DNA of 64,000 bases, taken from NCBI RefSeq assembly GCF_001194135.2, contig NC_068987.1:81650741-81714740 (forward strand), read 5' to 3'. The notes beneath the pieces were generated by a model that saw nothing but the letters and a program-made list of their open reading frames with translations, did not search any database and was not told the DNA's origin. The stretch is from Octopus bimaculoides. Taxonomy: Eukaryota. This document shows, in pieces, positions 13,653 through 26,829 of the stretch; position 1 is the first letter of the stretch, and every line of letters starts with the position of its first letter. The translations under genes and the position numbers were made by a program.

Positions 13653-14212
13653 TTCTGCTGAGGTCGACTTTGCCTTTTATCTTTACAGGGTCAATAAAAT
13701 ATTTACCAGTTGTGTGCTAGGGACTGGCTCCCTTTCCCAAAATTTCGGGCCTTGTGCCTAGAGTAGAAAAGAATATTTTTAAGGCAGTGAACTGGCAGAA
13801 TTGTTAGCATGCCGGGAGAAATGCTTAGCAATATTTTGCCTGTCACTACTTTCTGAGTTCAAATTCTGCCTAGGTCGACTTTGCCTTTCATCCTTTCGGG
13901 GTCGATAAATTAAGTACCAGTGAAACTTGTCGATGTAATCGACTAGCCCCCTCCCAACAAATTTGAGACTTTGTGTCTATAGAAGAAACGATTAAAGCAG
14001 CGAGCTGGCAGAAACGTTAGCACACCAGGCGAAATGCTTAGCCGAACTTTGTCTGTCTTTATGTTCTGAATTCAAATTCTGCTGAGGTCGACTTTGCCTT
14101 TCATCCTTTTGGGGTCGATAAATTAAGTACCGGTTGCATACTGGAGTCGATCTAATCGACTGACCCCCCTCCCCAAAAATTTCAGGCCTTGTGCCTAGAC
14201 TAGAAAAGTATT
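13653..14212 (+). mobile_element. Three tandem SINE family A copies (first 5'-truncated)
   Basis: Units start near 13653, 13781 and 13995. Confidence 0.9.
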
Positions 14213-14858
14213 GGTAGCCATCATGGATTTCTATCTAAAGCACATTTAAATGAAGCAGCTTCAGATATTTTTATGGTTCCCTTTATTACTCATTAGCAAC
14301 ACTTAGTTGCAAAACATCTCAGCAAAACATCTCATAAAAATTTGTGCAATGATATTAAAGCAGTGAATACAGGCTAGTGTCCTCATTGTGGTCTTTAAAG
14401 TCACAACATCTCAACCATTGTAACCTCTGTTCTTCTTCAAATGCCTGTTGTATTTTGGTAACATCCTCAGAATATCAAACTAAATTCTTTATTAAACCCA
14501 TGTCAGTAGATTCTTCTTATTGAGGACCAGGCAAATTTTCCTATCATTTATTGTCCCATTTGTGGTAATGTTTCCTTGTTCTGCTTGAACTAGTGTATAT
14601 ATAATTTGACTGGCCCAGGGTTGAACTTGTACCCTCAAACTAAATTATACACTTAACCTTTGACACATAATCAATACTTATGTTCACTATTCCATTGTTC
14701 TGCAGGACAATAAGATAATCGTAATTAGAAGCGTTTAATGTAACTTTTTATTGTCATAGACATAATTAGTTAATCCTTAATTAAAAGCATTCATATGACG
14801 TTCGTTTCTAAGCCAGTCTTACTGACGAAAATATCAGAGTCTAGCATATTCTTTGATC

Positions 14859-15170
14859 CTTTTACTTGTTTCAGTCATTTAATTGCAGCCATGCTGGAGC
14901 ACCATCTTGAAGGGTTTCAGCTGAACAAATCAACCTCAGGACTTATTTTTTTAAGCCTAGTATTTATTGTATCAGTCCCTTTTGCTGAACTACTAAGTTA
15001 AAGGATGTAAACATACTAACACTGGGTGTCAAGCTGTGGTGGGGGTGACAATCATAGACACAAGGACACACACACACACATAGTTATATATACATACATA
15101 CATATATGTATATATATGTATATATATATATATATATGTCTGTATACATACATATACACACACACACACA

Positions 15171-15234
<64 letters not shown>

Positions 15235-15388
15235 AGGCTTCTTTCAGTTTCTGTCTACCAAATCTGCTCACAAGACTTGGGTTGGCCCAAGGCGATATCA
15301 GAAGACACTTGCCCAAAGTGCCACACAGTGGGACCAAACAGAGAATCATATGGTTGGGAAGCAAGCTTCTTACCACACAGCTATGCCT
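14859..15388 (-). mobile_element. SINE family B with expanded internal TA/CA microsatellite
   Basis: Both halves match 19288-19682 in reverse complement. Confidence 0.85.
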
Positions 15389-15548
15389 CTGTTGATTATT
15401 TCAATCCTCTTATCTTCCAATGTATTGTTTCCCATTTATTGTCTTGACTTTGTTTCATGAAGTTTAGTGATTCCCCTTTTCTACCTACAGATTATCAAGC
15501 ATGCCAGAATTTTCTGTCTCATCTTTCACTGGTATATATTGGCAGGAG

Positions 15549-15583
<35 letters not shown>

Positions 15584-17113
15584 TGTATATGCAGACACTT
15601 GGCTTTGTAGTTAAGGAGCAAGATTCATGATCAATGAAAGGCACATTGTGTCCTTAAGCAAAACACTTCATTTTATGTTGCTCCAGTCCACTCAGATGAA
15701 ACTGAGTGCCAGCAGTAGGTGGGAGTTAACCCTACAATAAACTGGCATCTTTGTCAGAGAAGTTTCTTGTACTCCCAGTAGCTTAACAACTCAGAAATCA
15801 GTATACACTCTGCCTGATGAGCCTCTAGGCTCAAGATAAACTTTATAAAGACACACACATGCACATACATGCAAACACACACATACACACATGCACAAAC
15901 ACACACACAAATGTACACACACATACAGAAATTCCACTCACAAAACATTCATCAACCTCAGACTGTGGTAAAAGACAGTTGCTCAAAGTACTGAGTCTTA
16001 TTTGAACCTGAAACCATTCAGATGCAAAACTTAACTTCCACGCCACTTCTTTACTCTCTTAATCACACAATTATGCTTGTGCTTCCCACTCATTTGTGTC
16101 TGCTATTCTACATACACCATCCTTTTCTCTAGAAAACATTTTTCCTTCTATCAAAATAAGCTATTTCATGACATTCACCTTTGTCCAGATTTGGATCTAA
16201 ATTATTATTTCTCCTATTTGTAATTCTCCATTGCATTGTTAAATACTGTTTCATAAATGAATATATGTGGCACCATAATATGTAAATGTTAATAGAGTTG
16301 GGTGTCGCTTTGAGTTGAATGTCATAAGAGTTAAGAGTCAGTGAAAATTGGTGTTCAGAACAATGATAGCAATATTCTGCATATTCAAAGGAGATGTTAC
16401 CTGGACATCAGTGTGTATTACGAGCCAGATTAAGAGCACATTACCTTTTAGATTCATGTGAAAATTTCCATTGTGCTATGGTGGAATATGATGACATGAA
16501 AATTAATAAATTAGTTATCAGGATAGCATTGAGATACTTCTAGAAATTATTATAAATTTTTACAAATAATATCTAAATCTAAGACAGACATAAAAAGATC
16601 AAATTTGATAAGCTTAATAAACTACCAGAAAGGTATACAATTACAGGGATTCTATTTTCATAACCTTAATGCACCACATATAGACATGGAATAAACTTTT
16701 ACCTGAGTTAAGACATCACATTAAAGGGGATGAAAGAAGTAACAATATTACCCTCTCAGGAACTGTCTCTGATCTTTAGACATGTTAAATGGAATGCCTA
16801 AATTTTGCTTAATGTGAATGATGAATGTCACTTCTGTAACCAGTTTTCTAAAAAAGTAAATTATATTTCAACAAGGTATCCTCTATTAGCCTTCATAGAA
16901 TATTCTTGAATGGGAATTAGTGTATAAAATCTGCAAGTTATGTGTCTAGCTGCCAAGATTCAATTTTTTTAAAATAAACTTGCATTACACTTACACACAC
17001 TGCCACCAGTACTTGTGCCCTCCCTCATCATCATCATCATCATTAACATCATCACAAGCACTACCATTACACCACCACTTATCATCATATGTTTTGAATG
17101 TTAGCTTTTAGAT

Positions 17114-17442
17114 CAGTGGTTCTCAACCATTGTCCATATGGCCCCTGAAATCCATATGAGAGTCTTGGGTGGGGTCCATGCAACAGAATAGTAAATTGTT
17201 CACAATAGTACTTTAAGGAGCCTGAAAAAGTTTTGTTTTCGATGTATATATTGCTATATATTGCAAGAAACAATTAGGTTTCTTTCTTGAACATTTTACA
17301 TAGTTAAACTTACACAAGTTAATATGTGAAAAACAAAATAAGAATTTGGAAAGAAGTTTCTATATAACCAGCTTTTAAACATTAACTGTCCATAAGGGTT
17401 CACGAGAATAAAATACTGATCAAAAATGTTTGAGAACCCCTG
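17114..17442. mobile_element. hAT-type MITE
   Basis: TIRs CAGTGGTTCTCAAC ... TTTGAGAACCCCTG, with an 8-bp target duplication TTTTAGAT (17106-13) / TTTTAAAT (17443-50), 7 of 8 identical. Confidence 0.8.
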
Positions 17443-17764
17443 TTTTAAATGATGGCACTACTTGAGAGAGTATGCTGTACAACAATTTTACTTGTGCATG
17501 ATCTCTCTTTTGACCTGTCTAAGATCTGACTTAGTCACTTTGTCTTATGTTTTCATCACTATTCTTGTGCTACAAGCACCATCTCCTGTCAGCACATAAT
17601 ACTTTGAGCTACACAATGTTTCTTGACATTCATGACAATTGCATATGCTCACACAGTTGTCCCTTCTGCGTGAATTAACTGTTTTAATGACCAGCCACCC
17701 AGTCTCTAATTTTGTCATCATCGTTGCTTTAGCATCCACTTTTCTATACTTGCTTGGGTTACAC

Positions 17765-18259
17765 TTTTACTCTTTTACTCTTTTACTTGTTTCAGTCAAT
17801 TGACTGTGGCCATGCTGGAGTACTGGCTTTAGTCGAACAAATCGACCCCAGGACTTATTCTTTGTAAGGCTAGTACTTATTCTATCGGTCTCTTTTGCCA
17901 AACCACTAAGTTACGGGGACGTAAACACACCATCGGTTGTCAAGTGATGCTGGGGGGACAAACACAGACACACAAACATATACACAGACATACATATATA
18001 TATATATATATANNNNNNNNNNNNNNNNNNNNNNNNNNNNNNNNNNNNNNNNNNNNNNNNNNNNNNNNNNNNNNNNNNNNNTATATACATATATACGATG
18101 GGCTCCTTTCAGTTTCCATCTACCAAATCCACTCACAAGGTTTTAGTCAGCCCAAGGCTATAGTAGAAGACACTTGCCCAAGGTGCCACACAGTGGGACT
18201 GAACCCAGAACCATGTGGTTGGTAAGAAAGTTACTTACCACACAGCCACTCCTGCACCT
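17765..18259 (-). mobile_element. SINE family B, full length (spans a gap)
   Basis: Reverse complement of 19288-19682. Confidence 0.9.
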
Positions 18260-18888
18260 AGGGTTAGGCAGAATTTGTTGATTTCTATCTTCCAAGTTCA
18301 AGGCTTTGATTGGACTGGGACTGTAGTAGAAGACACATGTTCCACGTTTTGCCAAGCACTGAGATTTCAAAACTTTTACTATAAAATAATCTATAATCAA
18401 TAATCTTCTCTAACCTTTTCCATGCAAAAAATAGGTAAACCAGTCAATAAACTGCTTAAAAAAATGAAGTCAAGATGTGTCAACCACTACTACAAGAGGT
18501 CTTCATATGTTCACAAGGTTGTGGTATAGCGTATTCACAGATATTGGTCCAGAAACAACACAAGAAGATTGTGTGTACATAACTTGTTTACCTCTTTGAT
18601 TTGTGTACATTCATAAAGTAAGGCAGAAAGTAGAAAGACAAGGCTAATACAGAAAAATTTCTCAACTAAATGTATTCATGAATATATATTATATTTTATT
18701 GAATCGTACAGCCAGCCATCATTTGTGAGTGAGTAAAAGTTGGTAACGTATGCCGTGCTTTTGTTAATTGTTTTAGGTGCTTGCATAGTTGCGAACAGGT
18801 ATAGACACCATCTCAGCCTCCTCACTCTTGATCTATCCAAGATGTGACAAGTGGGGGNNNNNNNNNNNNNNNNNNNNNGGGGGGGGGG

Positions 18889-18921
<33 letters not shown>

Positions 18922-19287
18922 CTACATAGGCATGGTTGGTACTTATTTTCAGCTGAGTTGACTGGAGCAACTTGCTCAAGGACACGACATGCTGCCCAGT
19001 TCAAGAATTGAGCCCACGACTTTACATTCATGAACCAAACACCATCAACACTAGGCTACATATCCTCATTTTATCCAAATATTTCAAAAGCAAAAGATTA
19101 ATCTTTTGCGACCCTTTCAGAAATATATTGATCTGAGTAGAGTCATGGTCCATAGGTTGAGAATTAATAATCTAACAAATCTTACCTACCTCAATTCCCT
19201 TCAGACTCTACAGATCTTCAGTTATTATTCTCCATATCCCTCTATCATGCTGGTCTGCTTTTCAGAAGCACTTTATTGACTACTATA

Positions 19288-19682
19288 GGCATGGGAGTGG
19301 CTGTGTGGTAAGTAGCTTGCTTACCAACCACATGGTTCCGGGTTCAGTCCCACTGCATGGCACCTTGGGTAAGTGTCTTCTACTATACCCTTGGGCTGAC
19401 CAAAGCCTTGTGAGTAGATTTGGTAGACGGAAACTGAAAGAAGCCCATCGTATATATGTATATGTATATGTGTGTGTGTGTGTGTGTGTTTGTTTGTCTC
19501 CCAACATCGCTTGACAAGCGATGCTGGTGTGTTTACGTCCCTGTAACTTAGCAGTTCAGCAAAAGAGACCGATAAAATAAATACTAGGCTTACAAAGAAT
19601 AAGTCCTAGGGTTGATTTGCTTGACTAAAGGCGGTGCTCCAGCATGGCCACAGTCAAATGGCTAAAACAAGTAAAAGAGTAA
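19288..19682 (+). mobile_element. SINE family B, full length
   Basis: tRNA-like head GGC..GGAGTGGCTGTGTGGTAAG...GGTTCAGTCCCAC, body GGCACCTTGGG.AAGTGTC, internal (TA)/(TG) tract and tail GTAAAAGAG. Confidence 0.92.
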
Positions 19683-19849
19683 TATTCTGTTGCTCTACTG
19701 CTTTTTTCCTCCAACTATTCTACCTTGACTACAGCCTCCTCCCTCCTGTACTAAGTAGGTTACTTTGAACCAATGAAGAAGTATTTGTGTGGTTATTTGA
19801 CTAACTCGAAACATCAGGCAAAACTGTCTCAAATCACACCCAACCATCT

Positions 19850-20075
19850 TTAATCCTTTAGCATTCGGATATCTCTGTCAAACAGAATGCTTATTTATTC
19901 ATATTGTTTTCAATTAATCATGCATTATCTTGTGGTTTTCAGATTCCAATGATGTGTTTGTTTAGTTTTAGAATGATTTTGTAGGGTAGGTATACGAGGC
20001 TGAGTCATGTCAGTTTGAACATAAAACAGATGGAATATTTGAGCTGGATATGGCCAGTTTAAACATTAAATGCTT
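19850..20075 (+). mobile_element. TTAA-flanked (piggyBac-type) MITE, degenerate right end
   Basis: Same family as 5325-5523 and 63418-63616. Confidence 0.65.
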
Positions 20076-20849
20076 ACAAAGGAAAGATACAAAGAATAAT
20101 GTATTCCAAGTTACACTTTGCTTGAAAAAAGATGCAACAATAATGGCTAGACTGCTTTTGATGATAGGTTTTGCATGTTCAGGGTTGACATAGAAGCTAA
20201 ACTTCTTTTTCTTGCTACATTACCTAGGTAACAGTATTACATTTAGTGAACATACCGTGCAATTTATGAACTTCGTTCATGTCTACATTTATCATAACCT
20301 TGTGTTGTGCAATGAAATTACAGTTATTAGATCCTGTGCACCTTTAGCAAGAAGATTGCTTATATGCTTACACTGTGAATGCAACCTTGCAAGATATGTC
20401 AAAAATTGACTGCTGTCCTAATGAATGGCTTAACAATACTGAATAGCTATAACAGATACAAGCTGAGAAGATAGTAAATTACACTGACCAATCTAACAAA
20501 TTTAATTCATTATGGCATAATTATATTTGTAATGGAACTGACTTGCTTCACAGTCATTTCTACAAAGACACTGATAACTTACTTACTTATAAATTTAGAC
20601 ATATGGAAATGTCAGGATGTTGCCAAGATTGTTTTTCTTTTCTTTTCTTTTTTTTTTTTGCTTGTTTCTCAGCATTCATTTGCTAGGAATATTTGTATAC
20701 ATATGTAACTGAGAAATATATATGTCATTCTTTGCTATATAAGAAAGGTAAAAACTAATAAAACTCATAAATATTCAGATGATGAAGACGATGATGATGA
20801 TGGTACTAATAAAAATGATGATGATGCTGATGATGATGATGATGATAAT

Positions 20850-21170
20850 TTCACTTCATCCATAACTGATGTCATCCAGAACTCAGAGCAAATACCTGCC
20901 TGGCTGACTGAAGTAACAACATACCTTCTACCAAAAACTGAAGACATGAAAAATTCAAAGAACTACTGACCAATTACATGTCCCAACACCACCCACAAGA
21001 TCATCACATCTGTACTAACTGAAAGAATATACACTTTCCTGGAACAGAAATCTATCCTTCCACAAGCTGAAAAAGGTTGTAAAAGGAATTCTTATGGTTG
21101 CAAAGGTCAATTACTCATAAATAGAACGATTGTAGAGAATTGCTGGAGCAACAAGAAAAACCTGAGTATG
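20850..21170 (+). mobile_element. R4/Dong-like LINE reverse transcriptase fragment (N-terminal RT)
   Basis: Translation IPAWLTEVTTYLLPKTEDMKNSKNY*PITC...ILPQAEKGCKRNSYGCKGQLLINRTIVENCWSNKKNLSM matches R4-clade RT motifs (NYRPITC, QKGC...GCKDQLL, NLSMAW). One in-frame stop. Confidence 0.85.
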
Positions 21171-21241
21171 GTGGTGGTGGTAGCTGAAGCAGCAGTAGTA
21201 GTAGTGGTGGTGATAGTGGTGGTGGTGGCAGCGGCAGCAGC

Positions 21242-21316
<75 letters not shown>

Positions 21317-21375
21317 GGTGCAGCGGTGGCGGTGGTGGTGGTGGTGGTGCAGCGGTGGTGGTGGTGGTATTAGTA
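21168..21375. repeat. Compound (GTG)/(GCA)/(GTA) trinucleotide microsatellite
   Basis: Direct reading. Confidence 0.95.
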
Positions 21376-21889
21376 GTCATGTAAAATTGAGAATAAAAGA
21401 ATTTTAAAGTTTTACTTCAGAGAAAACTGAAATTTATTTTCATTTTTACATATGTTATTAACAACATGTTTTGTTTGTGTCATATAATTGTTAAAAATTA
21501 GTTTGCCAGCGAGATGTTATTTAATGAGTATTTTGAAAAAAAAGAATGTTTTTTTTATTATTACTGTTTTTATTATTTACACCTTATTCAATGTAATTAT
21601 TGCTCAAATCCCTCTGCTCATAATGGAGCTGTAAAAATTCTTATATTAAGAAGAAAAAAAAACTTTCTAAAATCATTAAGAGAATTCAATTAACAACGCT
21701 GTTTTTATTTTTGGATATTTTATTATCATCATCAAAGTTTGTTTTTTTAGAGAGCTGTGGTTTTCCAGGTAACACATTTGCCATTTCAAATAGTGAGCTG
21801 CTTAGCTATATAAATGAGAATATTTAGGCCTTCCTGATATCTTTAGCCTATTCATCTTGGGCTTTTTGGTTTAAAACAAAAATGTCTAT

Positions 21890-22225
21890 GATTCTGATGC
21901 TTGCTTTGCAACCACGTGGTTTGAAGTTCAATCCCATGTGTGTTACCATGGGCAAGTGACTTCTACTATAACCCTGTGCTGATCAATGCCTTGTGATTGA
22001 ATTTGGTAGATGGAAACTGTGCCCAACATATGTGTGTGTGTGTGTGTGTCTTTATGTTGGTGTTTGTGCCCCACTACTGTTTGATAGCTGGTGTTGGTTT
22101 ATTTACATCCCCATAACTTAGTTGTTTGGCAAACGAGGCCAATAAAATAAGTACCAGATTTTCAAATAAGTACTAGGTTCAATTCTTCAAACTGGTGCTG
22201 CAACATGGTTGCAGTTCAATGACTG
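21890..22225 (+). mobile_element. Diverged SINE family B copy
   Basis: Body, (TG) tract and GAAACAAGTAAAAG tail. Confidence 0.75.
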
Positions 22226-22639
22226 AAACAAGTAAAAGTTAAAAGACAGTTTAGTTTTTTAGTGTTTTGCTTCAAATAAGGTCACATCATTACACATCAG
22301 CTATATAGTTGAGAGAGGTGGGGAGAGAGTTTCATGCAAGCATTCATATAACAAATATGGATTTCACTGAATTTTCCTTACATGTTAGAGTTTACTTTGG
22401 CAGTCTTTAGTCTAGCTGGACTGGTTGAAGTGGCACTGAAATAACGTGTTTCAGATTCAAGTGTAACAATAAACAGTTTTCTATTTCATTTCTTTAAATA
22501 TGCCAGGGTACCATATGCTATCTAAGGTGGTGAGTGGCAGAATTATAAGTCAGTTGGACAAAAAGATTTAGTGGTATTTCTTCTGGCTCTTTCTTTCTGA
22601 GTTCAAATCCCACTGAGGTTAACTTTGTCTTTTATCTCA

Positions 22640-23560
22640 CATTTGACAGTTTCGCATTCCAACACCTAAACAATAACAGCATCGATCCCAGAGTCACTGG
22701 GGTCACCATGACCATACTAGAAAACCTGATCAACAACACCTGGATCAACATCTGTAACGGCATAAACTCCTATCAAGGATAAAAAAAGAACTTCACCACA
22801 GTCAGCAGTAGAATGCCTACATTTTCCATCTTATCAAGACACATAAACAGGGACCTGATCTCCATGTCAGATCCATAGTCTCTGGCATAGAGGGACCTTT
22901 CTACAAAGTCTCATTGCTTCTATCCAGAATCCTGAAATCCCTACTGTCAACTTTCCTGGGTCATGTTAACAGCTCAGATGAGGTCATCCAACAACTTGGA
23001 CCTGACATGCTCAAACACAACAGGCATACTTTCAGTTTAGATGTGGCCTCTCTATACACTTCGGTTCCTGCCCTTCCCCTGGTCAATCTGATTGCAGAAT
23101 GTGTCACTTCCTTGGACTGTCACTGTTCCAGACTTACTTCCTCCAACATCTACCAGCTACTATCAGTTATAGTCACCAACACACACTTTGATTTCTTGGG
23201 CAACACCTATAAACCGTGTCCAGCCTCTCAGGCCTGCTAGATTTTGCTTACTTAGACCAGCTGGAGCATAAGGCACTCTGCACCTGCCATGCATATGCCT
23301 TTCTTTTTCCACCAAGTATATAGATGACATCCTCATGATCACCCCATCCCAAGAGAAGTTCAGTATGATGGACCAATATATTACTTTTCCTTGCCCAATC
23401 CTTCTTGTCCAGAATAGCATCCCACCAAAACACACTCCTTATTCATCTTTTCTTTACAGACAAAATTTCAAACAGAATATCAACCACATGAACCAGGAAT
23501 GTCTAGCACGATCCTCTGATGAAGAAACTCCAGCTTCAATACTGAGTTAGCCCTTTTGCA
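22640..23560 (+). pseudogene. Penelope-like element reverse transcriptase remnant
   Basis: Open frame 22812-23237: HLIKTHKQGPDLHVRSIVSGIEGPFYKVSLLLSRILKSLL...FSLDVASLYTSVP...IVTNTHFDFLGNTYK. After a frameshift, FSTKYIDDILMI with YIDD at 23317-23328. These are typical PLE RT motifs. Confidence 0.88.
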
Positions 23561-23799
23561 CCATGTTCCTGGCATAACAGGAATAACCTAAATGTAATTT
23601 CTATCAGATTCCTGTAAAAGCAGTAATGAACAACATGCATAGATGAAGTTAAGACATTAAAAATAGACAACCAATTATATTGCAGTTTTGTAGTGAGGTG
23701 TATTTATGACTCATTGTTAACGGTGTCCCCCATAACTTGTTTGCTTTTGTTTTTAATGAACAAAAAATGCATTGCTTCTACTATGAAATGAGTAATGAA

Positions 23800-24090
23800 C
23801 GCAGCATTTCGTCTAGTAAATGAGCAAAGTCTAGACATTTTGCAGTTGAGGAAATTTTTGCTGATATTTAGTCTTTGGGTGAGGAGCTTACCCTTATGCA
23901 GACAATGAGAGTGAGGTAGACAATCCAACTGGTGAAAGAGATGAGGGGAACAGGTGAACAAATATGATAGTTGAGAGATAAGCCTATTACAGTTATCCTC
24001 CGGAGTTTGTGATTCTGCCATTAATTTACCTGCAATCCTTACTCCTGACCTGTATTTGCAACTATTCATTTTTTTGCTCAGGAACCCAGG
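23800..24090 (+). mobile_element. Possible piggyBac transposase N-terminal remnant
   Basis: Broken frames give SRHFAVEEIFADI, an acidic stretch DNESEVDNPTGERDE, then NLPAILTPDLYLQLF. The resemblance is weak. Confidence 0.25.
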
Positions 24091-25187
24091 TGGAAGGAAA
24101 AGTTAGACACAGTGACCCAAGTGTGAGAGGGTTAATACAAGACACTACTTGTTCAAAGCAGTTGCTACTAACCAGTGAAGTGTTTTGTAGACTAGTATGA
24201 TGTGAGTCCTACAATGATAAGCAGAATGATCCTCAGTTTTCTTGTAAGAGTCTTTCTCTTGAAACTTGTTTAAATTAAAGTTGTTTTAAGACAAATGTCT
24301 TCATATTTCACTTTCCATTTATATTTAATAACTTATCTCATGAGAGCCCTTTGATAGTTAGCTACTCCCACGCTGTGTTAAATACTAGGAGGAACCATTG
24401 CTAATCTTCTGATTCCTTAATGAGGTCTTCAGTTGTAGTTTTATTGAAGTCTTTGGTTATATATATTTTTTCAGTTTATCATTTGCTACAGCAGCTTCAC
24501 TGATTCATTTTTGATATCCCCTAGTTTGTTGCTGTTATTTTACCCAAGGTTCACCTTCATTGAATAGATCTATGATCAAAAGCATTCCAGCCGTGACCAC
24601 CTTGTCTTTTATCAGATATTGTATACCCTACTTTAAGCAATGTGTTCTTTTCCGTTTTTGATAATGTAAGGTATGATTTAAGAGAGGTTCAGCTATTATT
24701 TCTAGACGGTCAAACAACGACAAAATCTCCTCTCATTAATTACTCTTTGTTGGTCATTGGTTGTCATAGCCTTTTGTTTTTTGGGTTTTTTTGACAGATG
24801 TGGAAGATTTCTTTACTGATTCTCCATGGGATATATTAAAGCTAATATTATCTCAATGTTTGTGAAAGTGAGTCAAAAGTTGAAGTTTACTTTTACACCG
24901 AATTTCTAGAAATGTCAAGATTATTTATTTGGAACTGACATATTAAAGTGTGATATTTCATATTTCATTTTGGTTTCTGATTTTCATATGTATATTATTT
25001 TCTTATGTGAAATCTATTATCATACTAAATCTGTGGTTATATTCTATTATCTTTGCCTTCAGTCAATAGTATTCAGTGTACATAACTTATGAAGGATCTT
25101 ATTTGAAACTCATATATCAGTCAATCTCTTTCACAGTGGTTTATTATATTTGTTCTCTAACATAGTTAAACTTTCATATAATATATA

Positions 25188-25194
<7 letters not shown>

Positions 25195-25223
<29 letters not shown>

Positions 25224-25272
25224 TGTATGTATGTATGTATGTATGTATGTATGTATGTATGTATGTATGTAT
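25195..25272. repeat. (ATGT)n tetranucleotide microsatellite
   Basis: Direct reading. Confidence 0.97.
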
Positions 25273-26829
25273 ATATATCAAATAAAGAACTCCAGCAATT
25301 TGCTTGATAATATATTTTGTTTCTACTGGTATTGGCTATTTTGAAATATCTGGGTTTCATAATTACTGCTTTTCCATGCCATTCTTTCTATTCACAGCTG
25401 CATGCTAGGAAATTGTCTCCTTAGCTGCAATTTTTATCTTATAACCTATATTTCAAGATGCCAAACAATACATTAGTTCCACCCTATCCACCTCTACATT
25501 TTTATCACTTACCTTCTGACAAACTTATCCATATAGCTTCTGGTTATAGATTTATGTTTTCTCATTAGTGACATATAATTTTATAGTAAATTCTATCAAT
25601 ATTAAAGGGATTTATACTTGTGTAAAATCTGTTCAGATTCTGAATTACTGTATTGAATATACTTTTGTTTTCCAAACTTTAGCTATTTTATAGATTATTT
25701 ACATTATAAGAATTTTACAAAGTTTGAGAGACATGAAGTAAATTACTTTTTTAATGGTGAAACTAAAGTCAATAAAGCAATAAATAATAGTGTGTCGAAT
25801 ATTGGGATAAAAATCCCTTTGGATGGAAAATAGTTAAAGGCTACCCATGAGACACAGACTCGCATCTTTTGTAAACATTGCAGATATTCTAACCGTTACA
25901 CCAAAATAACATTTTGAATTTTTTTTCTCCACTTGTTTAGAAGCTTTGTTCTTACAAGTGAAAATTGTAAATTGTTTACAACAATTTTAGAAACTCTGTG
26001 AGATGTGAAACAAATTATATTTTTAATAGGAAAACATAAAGTCAATAGGGCTATTAATAATAGCAAACAACTTATAATTATCTTTTCAAGAACAAAGCTT
26101 TTAAATGGAGAAAATCTGAAATGTTGCTTTGATATGATGGTTAGAATGTTTGTCATACTTACAGAAGTTGTGGATTCAAGTCCCAAGATAGCCCTCAATT
26201 TTTTCTCATCTAAAGTTTTTCTTACCCAATTTTCTACATAATGTTATTTATAGCTTTATCAACTTTGAACTTTGCTGTTAAAAATATAGTTTGCTATTTT
26301 ATAGATAGTTCAACACCTTTATCATCAATAACTAGTCTCAACCTGCATTTTGTTTTTCTTTGTCGGAACTAGGCAATTTCTCGTTTCTTAATTTGTTCTT
26401 AATTCTCCTGTTTACTCCATTCAAGACCAATTATTTGACACTGGTATTTCAATGTTTTCTAATGTTTTCAAAATTCTGTTACTGTGATTTGTCTACTCAG
26501 TCAACTAGCCTCATAACAGACTCTAACATCCACAATTTGCTTCTCATATTATCACCAAACAGACTGTGCTGGCACCATGTAAAAGCACCAGTGTTGGTGC
26601 CACATAAAGAGCACCCAGTACATTCTGTAAAGTGATTGGCATTATGAAAAGCATCCAGCCATATCAGACAACTGGAGTCTGGTGCCAAATCAGACAACTG
26701 GAGTCTGGTGCAGCTCTGGTTAAACCATCCAACTCATGCCAGCATGGAGAATGGACGTCAAATGATGATGATGATGATGGCATTAATGACAACAATGCGA
26801 TAAGTTCAGCATACATTATTTTATCTATA

